A stretch of 64,000 bases of DNA from Mobula hypostoma (taxonomy: Eukaryota), in contig NC_086108.1 in assembly GCF_963921235.1 (NCBI RefSeq), forward strand, positions 23,808,001-23,872,000, in the 5' to 3' direction. The notes under the pieces are model-generated. The model was not told the DNA's origin. It saw nothing but the letters and a program-made list of their open reading frames with translations, and did no database searches. The translations under genes and the position numbers were made by a program. Shown here piece by piece: positions 1 through 13,025 of this stretch. Numbering within the stretch: the first letter of the stretch is position 1; every line of letters starts with the position of its first letter.

Positions 1-803
1 GGAGGACGATGGCACCTAATGGTGACTCCTTTGCTGGCATATTTGGAAACAGCTCTAGTTCTATCTTTAGTATCTCTATTTCTCCCTTTCAGGGTTCTTT
101 TGAAGAACCTGACCTGGAGCTACATGCTGACTTTGATTCTTTGTGGGAATGGAACCTGCTCTGAAGGAGTCTCACGACTGGCCTATGTTCGATATACCAA
201 GGACATGGCCTAGAAGACTAGCAAGACTTTAGGGTTCCGGGATTTCGTGACTCTGGAAGCCAGCGGACTTGAGGCCGGTGCCGCCTCCTGGTGCATCGTG
301 GGAGACGGAAGATTGAAAGCAACAAGCTGGCTGCTGGCAGTGTGCCCAGAGACCCGAGTTCTTTGAGCACACAGCTTGGAAGAAGCGACACAACAGACTT
401 TTAAGATTGTGATCAGCGAGTTGTCTGTCATGTCTGCCCTCTTGCTGTGAAACGGGGACGCCTCTTTTTCCCTTATTAGTCGAATGCCCGGTGAACAACG
501 TAGTCTTTGGAGTAAAAGCAAGTCTGTGTCTTTGCTGTTGCTTTGCTCACGCTTGAGTGCTTGGTGGTGGGAGCCAATGCTTTTTTTTTGCCGGTGGGGT
601 GGAGGAGGGGAGATCGTGCTTGCCACTGCTTACACGCAGGAGGGAGGGTAGCTGGAGGGGACTTTGGGGTTCTAACATTTACCTGTCGTTCATTCTCTTT
701 GGGGCACTCCTGTTTTTGTCAATGTTTGCAAAGAAAGAGTATTTCAGGATGATTATTGTATACATTTCTCTGACATTAAATGTACCTTTGAAACCTTTGA
801 AAC
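1..803 (+). mobile_element. Non-autonomous retroelement, family A, copy 1 (may be cut by the window edge)
   Basis: Colinear with 8920-9746; ends in ATTAAATGTAC followed by (CTTTGAAAC)n tail; no meaningful ORF. Confidence 0.8.
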
Positions 804-904
804 ACACTCTGGGGTCTTGCCTTTTTCATCCTAATGCTAAAGCAATGTTATAAACAATATGGCGTCATTCAATGTGAAACGTGGACAATCCATAGCCACC
901 ACTG

Positions 905-980
905 ACGGTGCCTGACCTGCTGAGTTTCCCCACAGTTTGTTTGTTTTTGCTCCAGATTCTGGCATTTTCAGTCTCTCTTA
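905..980 (+). mobile_element. Penelope-like element terminal fragment
   Basis: GCCTGACCTGCTGAGTT...CCAGATTC motif shared with the end of the GIY-YIG-bearing copy at 23600-24436. Confidence 0.6.
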
Positions 981-1159
981 TTCTCCGTGGTATCCTCCAT
1001 TATTCATTGGACTTCATTCCCATAAAGCTGCTCATTATCAACTTTGTTCTGCCTCGTTAAGACATGAGAGATCCAATAGGCTTGAACTGGTGTTTTACTC
1101 CTCATGAACCGTGGGCATACTTAGTAAATCCAAGAAACATAATGGAATTAATGGCAGAT

Positions 1160-1998
1160 CACACCGATCAGGATGTACAAACAGTCAATTGCAAAAGAGA
1201 ACAAATTGTGCAAGAACAAAGATCAAAAAACAAGAAATAATAAATAAACAAACAATAAATATTGAGAACATAAGATGAAGGGTCCTTGACATTGAGTCCA
1301 TAAGTTGTGGTAACAGTTCAGTGATGGGGAGAGGGCAGTGGAGTGAAATTATCTGCACTGGTTTAAGAGCCTGATGGTTGAGGGAAAATAACTGTTCCTA
1401 AACCTGGTGATGTAGGTTCTGACGCTCCTGTACTTTTTCTGGATTGCAACAGTGAAAAGAGTCCTGGGTGGTGGGGGTCTTTGATGATGGATACTGTTTT
1501 CCCGCAACAGTGTTCCATATAATTGTGCTTAGAGGTGGGGAGGGATTTACTTTTGATGGACTAGGCCATATCAACTACTTTTTGTGGGATTGTCCATTCA
1601 AGGGCAAGGCTGTCAATATACTCTCCATCATATATCCATGGATATTTGTCACTGTTCTAGATGTCATACTGAATCTTCATAAACTTCTAAGTAAGTAGAA
1701 GCGCTGCTGTGCTTTCTTCATAATTACACTCACGTGCTTGGCCCCAGACAGATCTTCTGAAATGATAGCACCAAGGAATTTAAACTTGCTGATCCTGTCT
1801 ACTTCTATCTCCTGATGAGGACTGACTCACGGCCCTCTGGTGTCCTCCTCCTGAAGTCAATAATTAGCTCCTTAGTCTTGCTGACATTGAGTGAGAAGTT
1901 GGTGTTGTGGCATCACTGAGCCAGATTTTCAAACACCCTCATGTATCCTGATTCGTCACTGCCTTTGATTTGGCCAAGGACAGTGATGTCATCAGGAA
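1160..1998 (-). mobile_element. Rex1/Babar (L2-group) LINE 3' RT fragment, decayed
   Basis: Minus strand reads ...DDITVLGQI...LNVSKTKELIIDFRRR, typical of the Rex1/L2 RT C-terminal region; contains stops. Confidence 0.75.
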
Positions 1999-2051
1999 AG
2001 TAATTTGATGTTCATATCTCTGACTTTGATAGGTTCAAGTAATAACTATTT

Positions 2052-2670
2052 AGAACCATAGAACCATAGAACACTACAGCACAGAAAACAGGCCATTCGG
2101 CCCTTCTAGTCTGTGCCGAAACTTTATTCTGCTAGTCCCATTGACCTGCACCCAATCCATAACCCTCCAGACCTCTCCCATCCATGTATCTATCCAATTT
2201 GTTCTTAAAACTTAAGAGTGAACCGGCATTTACCACGTCAGATGGCAGCTCGTTCCACACTCCCACCACTCTCTGAGTGAAGTTCCCCCTAATGTTCTCC
2301 CTAAATCTTTCCCCTTTCACCCTAAAGCCATGTCCTCTCGTGTTTATCTCTTCTGATCTAAGTGGAAAGAGCCTACTCACATTTAGTCTGTCTATACCTC
2401 TCACTATTTTTTAAACCTCTATCAAATCTCTCCTCATTCTTCTACGCTGCAAGGAATAAAGTCCTAACCTGTTCAATCTTTCCCTGTAACTCAACTCCTG
2501 ACAACCTGGCAACATCGTAGTAAATCTTCTCTGCACTCTTTCAATCTTACTGATATCCTTCCTATAGTTAGGTGACCAGAACTGCACACAATATTCCAAA
2601 CTTGGTCTCACCAATGTCTTATACAACCTTGCCATAACATCCCAACTCCTATACTCAATACTTTTATTCA
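2052..2670 (-). mobile_element. CR1 (HER1-like) LINE 3' end, 5'-truncated
   Basis: ORFs 2411-2674 and 2132-2404 give LYKTLVRPSLEYCVQFWSP...ERVQRRFT...TRGH...VGVWNELP; (TTCTATGG)n tail at 2052-2072. Confidence 0.95.
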
Positions 2671-3004
2671 TCATTTTACAAAAGCAGTTTTGGGATGAGA
2701 CCTTGTTTTGCTCTTTCCTCTAAAAAACTTGTATTTTGAGCTATTTAATGCATAAAGTAGATTACTTTTATTCCACCCCCTACAATGAATAAGCGCCATT
2801 CACCTAGGCCTCAGTATTTTTATTTATTGAACCTTTCTGATCAAAGAGAAAGGTTCTGATAAGAACCTTTCTAATCAGAAAATCAATTTTCTGATTATAA
2901 AACATATTTGTCTTCCATTTAGCTGAATTTTCCAGCACAAGAAAGGATCTTCTGAGGAAGATGAAAGCAGATTTTGGGAGGTAAATGGAGGAAGGAAGGT
3001 GAGA

Positions 3005-3130
3005 TGTGAAGGAGGATCTCAGCCCAAGACATCAAAACATTCATTTCCATAGATGCTGCCTGACCTGCTGAGTTCCTCCAACATTTTGTGTCTGTTGCCT
3101 AAGGTGTGACAGCATTCGGAGAAATCCAGG
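3005..3130 (+). mobile_element. Penelope-like terminal fragment
   Basis: AGATGCTGCCTGACCTGCTGAGTTCCTCCAACATTTTGTG motif. Confidence 0.65.
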
Positions 3131-4904
3131 ATTGGATACATGGGGAATGCTGGTGTAAAAATTTGTGAACTCAGGCAGCAGATCTAAGAAGGGAAATAAA
3201 CTTGGAAGAAATCAGTGCAGAGAAGAGGTGTTCAGAGTGCAATGGAGCAGACTTTTGCTTAATGGAATTTGTCCATAGCATTAAAATGGTTGGGAACCCC
3301 TGCTCTAGATTATTGGAGGTACTGGAGTCTATGAATACAGGGAGAGGGGGGGTTAGTGTTGCTGCTGACACGTCAGCAATAGTGGGGAATAGATGGACTG
3401 TTCAATGGTGGAGAAAGGACGGAAAAGAGCAACCTCTTTTGGATTCTCATGTCCTTAACCCCAAAAGAGTTTCTGCAGATCATAAATCTTAGTGCCTAAA
3501 GATGCATAGTCCTCCATCCCCACTGTTGCCAGTCAGTTCCTGTCTCCACATCCCTGTTTAAAGCCCCGAAGTGACAATTTACCAAATGTTAAAGTTACAT
3601 GCTCATGGTAAGCAACTTTGAGAGTTTTTGGAAACACTTATCAGGTAGTTTTAACATGAATCAAACAAGTGCATGCAATAATCTGAGATGTGCAGCTGAA
3701 GTGAACAAAGGAGTGAGTACAATTGGAGTACTTTGCCCAAATGGAATGATCCTGATGTAGAACATGTCTATCAGTGTTTAAAGGAAAGAATTAAGGGATT
3801 TAACTGTTTTACTTTTCTGCTGAATTACCATTTAATGACATTGTTGAAAGCCCACATTGTTCACTAGATGTCCAAGTGGTTATTTGGGAAAATCACTACA
3901 TCTTCCCCAAGGTGAACGTGATATTTTGTGGAAGTAATCATCTTAAAATGGAACCAGTTTCCAGACACCCGCTGTTTCAGGATTTAATTCATAACTGTGC
4001 ACTTAAGCATCTTACATACATAAAAATAAGGGTTATGACACGTAAATGCAAACATATGCATACATTAAACAAGAGATAGCTATCTCTTTGCTGTAGATCT
4101 GTCAATTTCACTCTGTGCTTAACCTACAGTTAGATTGGCAAATTTGAGAAGAGTGAATAATCTACATCCTTGCTTCAAGCTGAGGAGAGAAAATACTCCA
4201 AACCCACACTGAAAAATAGATATTCCCTCTGCACACAAGCATTCTATGCTGGACAAACTCCCTAACTGATCTACAATTTACAAACTTTGTTGATCTAAAC
4301 CAGATTTAGTGAAAGAAGTGGTACAGTTGGTTTCACCCTTGTGTGGCTCTTGGCTATAATTAAAATGAAAATCCTGTTCTTAGCTACTAAGAGTAAAGAA
4401 ATAATTTATGTGGATGAGTGGGAATGATAGGATTGGACTTGGCTGTGATTCTCCCAAACGGTGAATAACAAGTCAAAATTCATTTCCTGAGATCACACTT
4501 GGGCAATGGGGATTTGAATGAATAATCACTGCGAAAGAACCAGAGGGTTGAAATGTACCTGGCATAAATCAGTGCTTTCAGGAGGCAAGTGTAAGACAAT
4601 TGAGACAAAATATATGATGCCAGTTAAAATATACGATGCCTGTTAAAATGTACAATGTAGCGATTGTAGTTTCCAAAAATTCTGCCAGACTGCTCTTGGG
4701 TAAAGTAAGTGCAAAAGTTTAGATTTTCTAACCAAACACCTTTTATTTGGGGCGAATGGTCATCAATTAACAGCTTTGTAACAAAGCGATGCCACATATT
4801 ATGTACTATCCTTAAAGATATATTTAGCCCAAAATATTCTGCACTATTTTCTGTCAGAAACCTTGAAGCTAGTGGTCATGGTAGAACTGAGAGTGGACTG
4901 GGGA

Positions 4905-5215
4905 GGCGTCTGAGCGTAAGAAAGCCAAATGCCAGGAGCAGTGCCAGAGACAGGGGTGGAAGTTTTGCTGGCTGTTTGCTGTTCAGAACTTACTCTCGCC
5001 TTAGCGTTATGGGTCTACTACAGGAAGAGCCATCAGGACCATCACAGAAGCTGCTGAGCAGGCCTCCAGATGACTGTGGATCAATGCTGTTAGAACGCAA
5101 GCCGGGGCCTTGGTGAGGGGTGTCTGATGTGAAAGATCTGAAGCACCCAATGACTCCAGGTTACATCACTGATGATGTGTTCCAGCCCATCCTGGGATGT
5201 ATCTCAGCATCTCTT
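4905..5215 (+). mobile_element. HERO/NeSL-like (restriction-like endonuclease) non-LTR element 3' end, decayed
   Basis: Remnant ERKKAK...RAIRTITEAAEQASR plus a 3' UTR (GGGTGTCTGATGTGAAAGA...CACCCAATGA...CATCACTGATGATGTGT) resembling fish HERO elements as I recall them. Confidence 0.6.
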
Positions 5216-5519
5216 GCAAGAAACACAAAGACATGATTTTATGTGATCTAAAAGTTTACTATGAGGAAGTTTGGCATCCTTCCAGAAACATGAGAGATGT
5301 TTAATTATTAATATATTTTATTTTGAAAGAGGTGGATGTCGAGATTGTGAACATTCTGTTAATCATCTTTCAACCAACACACTTTGGATTAAGTAATTGT
5401 CCCTCTGGAATACAGGGGAGCAAATGTGACTCCACTGTGTAAGAAAAGAACAAACTACCAACCCGTAAACCTAATGTCATTAAATTGGAAATGCTAAAAT
5501 TTATTATGAAGGATATAAT

Positions 5520-5727
5520 CATTAAGACAGCACTTTGTTGGACACCTGAAGGGCAGAGGAAACGTGGGAGACTAAGGACAACTTGGTTGCATACCATAGA
5601 GGCAGAACTGAGTACTATGAACCACACCTGGGACAAAATAGAGAAGATGGCCAAGGAGAGACAGAGATGGAGGACTTCATTGCTGCCCTGAACACCAGCA
5701 ATATAATGGGCAGTAACTAACTAATAA
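5520..5727 (+). mobile_element. RTE LINE 3' end inserted in a decayed CR1 relic (~5275-5800)
   Basis: KTALCWTPEGQRKRGRLRTTW...AKERQRW in ORF 5485-5691; (TAAC)n tail. Confidence 0.75.
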
Positions 5728-5834
5728 CAGCTTACCAGAAAAATTAAATGATTGTACATGCATTTATGCAACAAAAATTATCTTTGACTATTTTAGTTTG
5801 TGTATGTGAGTAGTAGTTAATTGTAATTAATGAG

Positions 5835-6095
5835 TGCCAATGGTAGCATAGTTCAGGGCATCAGAGTTCAATTCCGGCACCGTCTGTAAGGAGATTGTGT
5901 ATTCTCCCCTTGACGGCGTGGGTTCCTCCGGGTGCTCTGGTTTCCTCCTACAGTCCAAAGACATACTGGTTAGTAGGTTAATTAATCATGGTAAATTGTC
6001 CTCTGAATTGACTTGGGTTAAATAGGTGGGTTGCTGGGCAGCACATCTTGTTGGGCTGAAAGGGCCCATTCCACAGTGTATCTGCAAATAAATTA
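5835..6095 (+). mobile_element. V-domain SINE (HE1-like) with CR1-type tail
   Basis: B-box-like GAGTTCAATTCC, V-domain GTGGGTTCCTCCGGGTGCTCTGGTTTCCTCCTACAGTCCAAAGAC, 3' GGGCTGAAAGGGCCC...TGTATCT. Confidence 0.8.
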
Positions 6096-8529
6096 AAATT
6101 AATATTCCCAGTTCAGCCATTTGTTCACTGACTCTAAGACGTAACTAGTATATTACTGTGAATGTTCTGCAACATTGACCCCTTACATCAGAGGTACCCT
6201 TATCAGCAGTTGCCTTCTTGAGAAACTGCACACAGTTGCAAAATGCCCTACTCACCATTAATCAAAACATCCTGACTAAACATTCTGAGGCTGTACGTCT
6301 TTCCTAGCAACCAGATCATGGTCCCCCACCTTTCTCAATCATCACTTACAACCTTTCCACTTCAGGTGCTCATATGACCTGCTGCTTTTTTTTCCCCTGA
6401 TGAAGGCACCTGCGGCTTCTCTGCATCTGAGCTGTGAAGAAGATCGCATTGTCTTTATCATCTCTTGCTACTTCCTGATACCAAATAGTCATGACTGGAG
6501 CAAAATTGTTCCTTGCCCTTTTTCAAATGAAAAACAAATAAAACTGCAGATTATTTGTAATAATAATCTGCATTATTGTTACAGATAATAATACTGTATT
6601 ATTACTGACTACTTTGCACACTCCCATGAATGTGAGATTGCATGTTGAAATTCTGGTTTCTCTCCTAAATGATTTCTATAAAGTTTCTACAATGAGAGGA
6701 CGCATCAGCAGATCTTTCTTGTTAATACATTTACAAATGTTGCACATGTTTGTGGTTTTACTAGTAATTGCAGTACTGTCTGTCATACTGTTCGCCATGC
6801 ATTGTTCTGGACAATGTCATTTCATGGGAACGTCTCCAACACAAAGCACAAACCAAATGGATGTGACCTCTCATACTTTACCAGCATGTCAATAGAACTG
6901 CTTTCCACCATTAACATTCGACCTAAGGAACTCAGTTCTTGCGCACTTCATAGAGTATTCCTGCTTTGTAATTTCCTCATCAACAATATCTTAAGCTCTT
7001 TACCAATGCAGTGTGCTTGGGCTGTTCTTATATTCCCATTCACTGACGCAAGTAAACAGGATAAAGAATCTGAACAAAACAATGAATGGAGGTGAATGAC
7101 ACTCAACTAGTAACAGTAGTTGGCTGATACAACAATGTATTAAAAGTCAAACCATCTTGTACTCGTAATTCTTACACTGCAGAGTCAGGCAACCACCACA
7201 GAGAAATCACCTTTGGCTTTAAGTAAAAGAGGTGGAGGTTTTTAGGAAAACCACGTAACAAAGGGAATAAAAATTGTCTGTACATTTAAATGTACAGGGA
7301 ATGGAAAGTCACAATTCTGCAGCATTTCATTTCATTTCAGTTAAAAAAAAACATTTGGCAAGACTATCTTTTCCAGGACTTCAGATAGTCCTGCAGTTCA
7401 GCAAGACTGTTTATGTGCACTCTGAACGTATGAACAGCTGACAGCTGCTGTGTTCTTGAAAATCCAGCTTCCTCAATCAAATTCTACCATATAATTTCTT
7501 GGTTCCATTGAACAGAGCAACGGAATGGGTGAGAGACCCTTAAGAGTTACCAAGTGGTTTGTTACGTATAATGTCAATCTAAATTAATGAGGCAAACAGC
7601 TCACTGGGGCAAATGGTGCATTGTAGAGGCAGCTGAGACATATGCCAATAACAGCCAAAGGCACATTACAAACTTTCAACTGCCTCCCTTTGCTTCAAGA
7701 ATCAAGACAGGACCATAATGTGTTGTGGTTTAAATGACACAGGTCTGCAGGGCATTCTCTTTTGCTGGTAGGTGGTGGAATTTAACCTGTACCACCTATG
7801 GTGATGCCAATTAAAAAGATTATTAAACACTTATGTCTGGGGATGTAATATCATTTTTCTTCATTAAAACTACAGTGAGATCCACATTAATAAAGAGCTC
7901 ACCTTCTAAGCAAGTCCTGCTGTTGATTAATGGTTTCTGACACTAGGGAGAAAGTATTTAAAGGGTCTTGTTTCCGTTTAAGTGACTTGCAGGCCACTTT
8001 ACCAGCTCTTTCGAGATTATCAGGCACAGCAAAGCAATTATGCCATTACCTTCACCCTGTTTCATTTTTTGAAGTGTGCCACTGAAGCAAGTAAAATTTA
8101 AAGCAAATACACAGGATTCCAAGCAGGATTACCAAAACATTCCTTCTAGACCTAATTCAATCCTGAGTTCCAAAGGGCACTTAGTTACATTTTGAAAGTA
8201 GTGAAATAAATTAAATAGGGAATGGAAGAAAAAGCTGCAAAACCTTAAAGAAAAGTTGGGAAATCTGTTAGGGCATGAATCTGGTACAATCTGAAAGGGA
8301 ACAAAAAGATAAGCACTTCAGGAGTACTCCTGAGTAACTTCAAGAGTAAGCACTACAAGGGTAAACACAGAGAATGCCCTTCCTAACCACCCAATTCCAT
8401 TTTTCTTTGAAGTAATAACCAACCTTTTTTAGTGTCCAGCACCTCTAATACCTATTCTATTTTAATAATGGGACTCTGTTTAAGGGATCATTGAAAATGT
8501 ATGGCTGCTGAGCTTTGTGTCATACAAAG

Positions 8530-8890
8530 CACATGGTATATAAAATCACGAGCGCATAAATAGGATGAATGCACTCAGCCTATTCCCTAGGACTGCAGGT
8601 TCAAGAACTTGGAGCCATAGGGTTAAGGTGAGAGGAAAACGCTTACCAGGAATTTGGGGAGAAACGTACACAAAGGGTGATAGCTATGTGGAATGAGCTG
8701 CCAGAGGAAGTGGCTGAGGCAAATACAATGACAATTTTTAAAAGACATTTGGATAGGTTTAAAGATTCACAATGTTTAGAGGGATATGGGCCAAATGATT
8801 GCAAATGGGGCTAACTAGAATAGGATATTTTGGTTGGCATGGACCAGATGAATTGAAGGACCAGTTTCTGTGCTGTCTGGTTCTATACCC
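8530..8890 (+). mobile_element. CR1 3' end relic
   Basis: TGGAATGAGCTGCCAGAGGAAGTGG...AAGACATTTGGATAGG...GAAGGACCAGTTTCTGTGCTGT. Confidence 0.8.
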
Positions 8891-8919
8891 AGTAGTAATT
8901 AAGGTTTGGATGCAAATGG

Positions 8920-9746
8920 GTGGAGCTAAGGAGACAACGGCGCCTAACGGTGACTCCTTTGCTTGCATTTTTGGAAACAGCTCTATTTCCATCTTTAATA
9001 TCTTTATTTTCCCCTTTCAGGGTTCTTTTGAAGACCCTGACCTGGAGTTACACGCTGACTTTGGTTCTTTGTGGGAATGGGACCTGCTGTCAGGGTCCCA
9101 CGGCTGGCCGTTATTCGATATACCAAGGATGCAACCTAGGAGATTAGCTCGCCTTCAGAGTTCCGGGATCTCATGGCTCTGGAGGCAGGTGGACTTGAGG
9201 TCGGTGCCTCTGCAGGGAATCGGTGTGTCATGGGGGGCAGAAGATTGAAAGCAGCAAGCTGGCTGCTGGCTGTGTGCCCAGAGACCCAAGTTCTTTGGGC
9301 ACAGAGCTTGGAAAAGTGACGCAACCGACTTTTAACATCGTACGTCAGCGAGTTATTTGTATGTCTTCCCCCTCGCTGTGAAACGGAGACAACTCTTTTT
9401 CCCTTATTAGGGAGAGAGAGACCCTATGATGTCGAATTACCAGGTGAATGAGTAGTCTTCGGGGTACTGCAAGTTTGTGTCTTTATTGATGCTTTACTGC
9501 ACGCTTGAGTGCTCGGTGGGGGGGGGTGGTGCCGATGCTTTTTCTACTGTTGGGGGGGGGTCATTGTTTTGCATGGGAGGGAGGAGCTGGGGAGGGAATT
9601 TGGGGTTCTAACATTTAATTCTCATTCATTCTTTGGGGCACTCCTCTATTTTTGTGGAAGGTTGCAAAGAAAAAGCATTTCAGGACGTACATTGCATACA
9701 TTTCTCTGATATTAAATGTACCTTTGAAACCATTTGAAACCTTGAA
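8920..9746 (+). mobile_element. Non-autonomous retroelement, family A, copy 2
   Basis: Colinear with 1-803; same (TTTGAAAC)n tail. Confidence 0.8.
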
Positions 9747-10254
9747 GTGAAGATTGATTATGAGGAAATGGGGAAATTAGGATAATTTGGCAATTCCTCA
9801 GTGTCAAGGATGACTCCATTTCTGAGGGTTTGAGATGATTGATGAAACCAATGTGGCACACTCAGCCTCTTCCATAGACGAAGAGATGGTGGTTGACTGG
9901 GTGAGTAGCTTGAGATGCAATGCCCTCTTTCTGCTGCTTGCTCAAGGCAGAGACGTTCACACCACATAACTGCCAGCCAACCACCATTTTTGACAAAACA
10001 GGGATCAAGATCCCACCCATGACATTCATGACACCCATGACCCTCAAGGTGTGCTTACGATACATGGCCTTAAAGTTATCAATGCTGTCCTATGTTTCTA
10101 CAAACGTTTGTACATTCTGAGCAGTCAATGGGGCCTGCATTCTTTCAGTGAGGCCTTCAATCTTATTCTCCGCCTGTCTGGCAATTCCCTCTCATGACAG
10201 ATCTCAGTGGTGAAGAGCTTTAGTTATAAATCCACAGTCTCATCACCCACATTT

Positions 10255-10850
10255 AACCTGATGAGGGATCTCAGGTGTTGTAATCATGACGATCATCAAG
10301 AAAGAAGTCAAGTACAACTGTAGCAACTACAGAAAAATTCCCTGCTGTTTACCTCAGAGAAAGTCATTACCAGGGTCTTGTCAAATAACTCCTTCCAGGG
10401 TCTGAAGTACTGCACCCTGGATAACAATGCAGATTCTCTGCACCTAGCAACATTGGACAGGAGCATCACTGCACAAGGCTAGGGCCTGGCCAGTGTAAGT
10501 GGCCTTTGACTCCATAAATCAAGTACGGCTGTGGAACAGCCGCCTCAGAATCAGCTGACGACAAAAATTAACCATCATCTATATTTACGCTATTACTGTA
10601 TACAAGCTGAGAAACTAACGGGCACATCTGCAACAAAACTAATCTCAATGAAGATGAGCACCAAACAAGGCAGCATGTTGCCTCAGTACTTTTATCAATA
10701 TTTCTCACCAGAATGTTAGAGTGCACCTCTAACAAACTTCCTGTGGGTATGGAGCTAATCCTTGGATGCAATGGGAGATCGTTCAACCGACAGTGACAAT
10801 GCTCCAGAATGGAGGTTACTCAAACCTCAGTGATCGAATGGCAGTATGTC
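10255..10850 (+). mobile_element. Highly decayed RTE RT fragment
   Basis: Remnants resembling KK...C.NYR.I.LL and KQG...P..F.IF motifs, heavily frameshifted. Confidence 0.5.
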
Positions 10851-10899
10851 ATGAAGATGATGGGGAGCACTGGAGGAGACAGCAGGTGAATCACTCAGA

Positions 10900-11170
10900 G
10901 TTCCTAACCTATTTGTGCAGTGACTGGACTTATGTGGCTGATCCCACCCACCAACTTCCCCCCTCATCTGGTTTCACCTACCACCTGCCACCTTGTACTC
11001 CCTCCCTTCCCCCACCTTCTTACTCTCTTCTATTCCAGACCTCATGAAGGGTCTTGGCTCAAAATGTCAACTCTTCATTCCTTTCCGGTGCCTGACATCC
11101 TGAGTTCCTCCAGCATTTTGTGGTTGTTGCACTGGATTTCTAGCATCTACAGAATCTTTTGTGTTTATGA
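10900..11170 (+). mobile_element. Penelope-like 3' region with degenerate hammerhead motif
   Basis: Pyrimidine-rich tract, CTCATGAAGGGTCTTGGCTCAAAATGTCAACT, then terminal motif. Confidence 0.7.
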
Positions 11171-11489
11171 TCCCAAATAAGTTTCTGATTAATGGTGACT
11201 ACTCTGAAGCTGACAATATTGGATTCTGTGGTGGAATCCCGTGAATGTCATGGGAGGGAGTTTGATCCATATTTTGCCAAAGATGGCAGCTGACCGGCAA
11301 TTTTGCCTCTTGCTACTTAGCAGGGCATACCCATAACTTATTCAGATGGGTAGTTTGTTCCTTTATCGAAAGAACATCAAACAGAAAATAACATTGTGTG
11401 ATGTGTGAGAAAACAACTGAGGAAAAATAAATCCCTCCAATTTGCAAAAAAAAAGGAAAATACCTAATTTGATTTACACAATCATAAAG

Positions 11490-11625
11490 CTCATTACTAT
11501 TATATTGATGTCTGCGGAATCTTGCTGTGTGGAAATAAATTATCAGATTATCTTCACCTTAGTACTTAATTAGCTGTGGAGTGTTTCAAATATCCTAAGA
11601 TCACAAAATACACGTCTTCTCTTTA
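11490..11625 (+). mobile_element. Ancient Deu-SINE-type 3' tail relic
   Basis: GGAATCTTGCTGTGTG...AGTACTTAATTAGCTGTGGAGTGTTT resembles the AmnSINE1/SacSINE1 tail as I recall it. Confidence 0.45.
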
Positions 11626-12104
11626 AGATTAATTCCAAGTAATAAATGCTTTATGGTAACTATATAATGCAGAATGTTCATTCTCCAAACTTTCAAAGTT
11701 CATTAGATTGGAGGGTATGGTGAACTGTAAAACATTTCACAAGTATTGTTATTGTACTGCATACTCTACAATTTATTCACCTTCTATTATTTTCCTTCAA
11801 TACTTTCTGCTTTTTTCAATACTATTTAGAAAATCACTGGAGTTTTCATTCATCTAAAATACAACATCCCTTTAAGAAGTGGCTGATTTTTTTCCCAATG
11901 TCCTTCCCATTTACTTCAGCTCTCCTCTTTCTCTCTCACACTCCTCTTACACCACAAATGTCTCTACTAGCCCCTTACTTCCAAGTACTGTACAGGATAG
12001 TGTTCATGCCTATGAAGTCCAAGTCTCCCTCCAAACAAAAATAGATAAAATTAGATCTTGGGAAGAATTGAAGTTAACTGATACACCACATAATTCTACA
12101 AAGA

Positions 12105-13025
12105 ATAAAGTCAAAGATTCAAAGTACATTTATTATCAAAGAATGTATAAATTATACGACCTTGAGATTTGTTTGCTCACAGGTAGCCCCGAAGAAAACT
12201 GAAAGAACCCAACTGAAGAAAACGAAGAATAAAAACAAATTTTTTTAAAGTGCTGCTGCGCAAGTGAAAGAAAAAAAATCACACATCATGCAGACAACTG
12301 AAGCAAACAACAACATTCCAAAACAAAACTGAGTCCTCAGATCCCAGCTCCGGAGCAGCCCTGAGTAGGCCTTGTTTATCAGTTCATCAGATTAGCGGGC
12401 ACAGAGCACAGTAGCTGGGGCAGTCTTCATAGCTTCAGTGCCATGAAGAGAGGAGTGACCATCGTGGAGAATGAGTGAAATGGGCTCTCACCTTGGATCC
12501 TGACACCATCTTTTCAGTCTGTCTGAGCTGATGTTTAAACTAACCAAACAACAGAACAGTGAAAGGGTCTTGTGCTCTGGAGAGAGATGTAAACATTGTG
12601 GAAGGCGAGTGAAATTGGCCCTCGCCTTTGATCTGGCCCAGCATTTGAATTGTCTAAACGGCAGATTGTACCTCACACTAGGACCCGCTGCCCAGCACTC
12701 ACTCCGGGCTCAGATTTCGCCGCCCAGCCCAAAGACGCTCTCAAGCTCTGCAAATCAGCCCAGCGACCAGAACTGCCCTTACACCTGGGCCAGCTGTACG
12801 TTCGTCAGAACTCCATCCGCAATGATTCTGAAGCACATCATCTCGGCTCATTCCCCAAATTCGCCTTGCCATCGCTCACCCCTTCACTGTCTGTAGTGAT
12901 AATTTAACAGACTTTATCCCAGAAAAGATATTTTTAGTGATGTTTTTCGTTGGGTTTCTTAACTTTTTTAACTAACAGAGGGGAGCTGTCGCAGCTGTTC
13001 GGTACTGCAATCTTAAACAGAAAAT
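12105..13025 (-). mobile_element. Non-autonomous retroelement, family B (Rex/L2-type tail)
   Basis: Minus strand ends AATAAATGTACTTTGAATCTTTGACTTT; GC-richer body; tail related to family A. Confidence 0.6.

Noticed and set aside
7580..7790. Possible terminal exon (VKFHHLPAKENALQTCVI*)
   Set aside because: Short, weak acceptor context, not a true CaaX ending, no partner exon.
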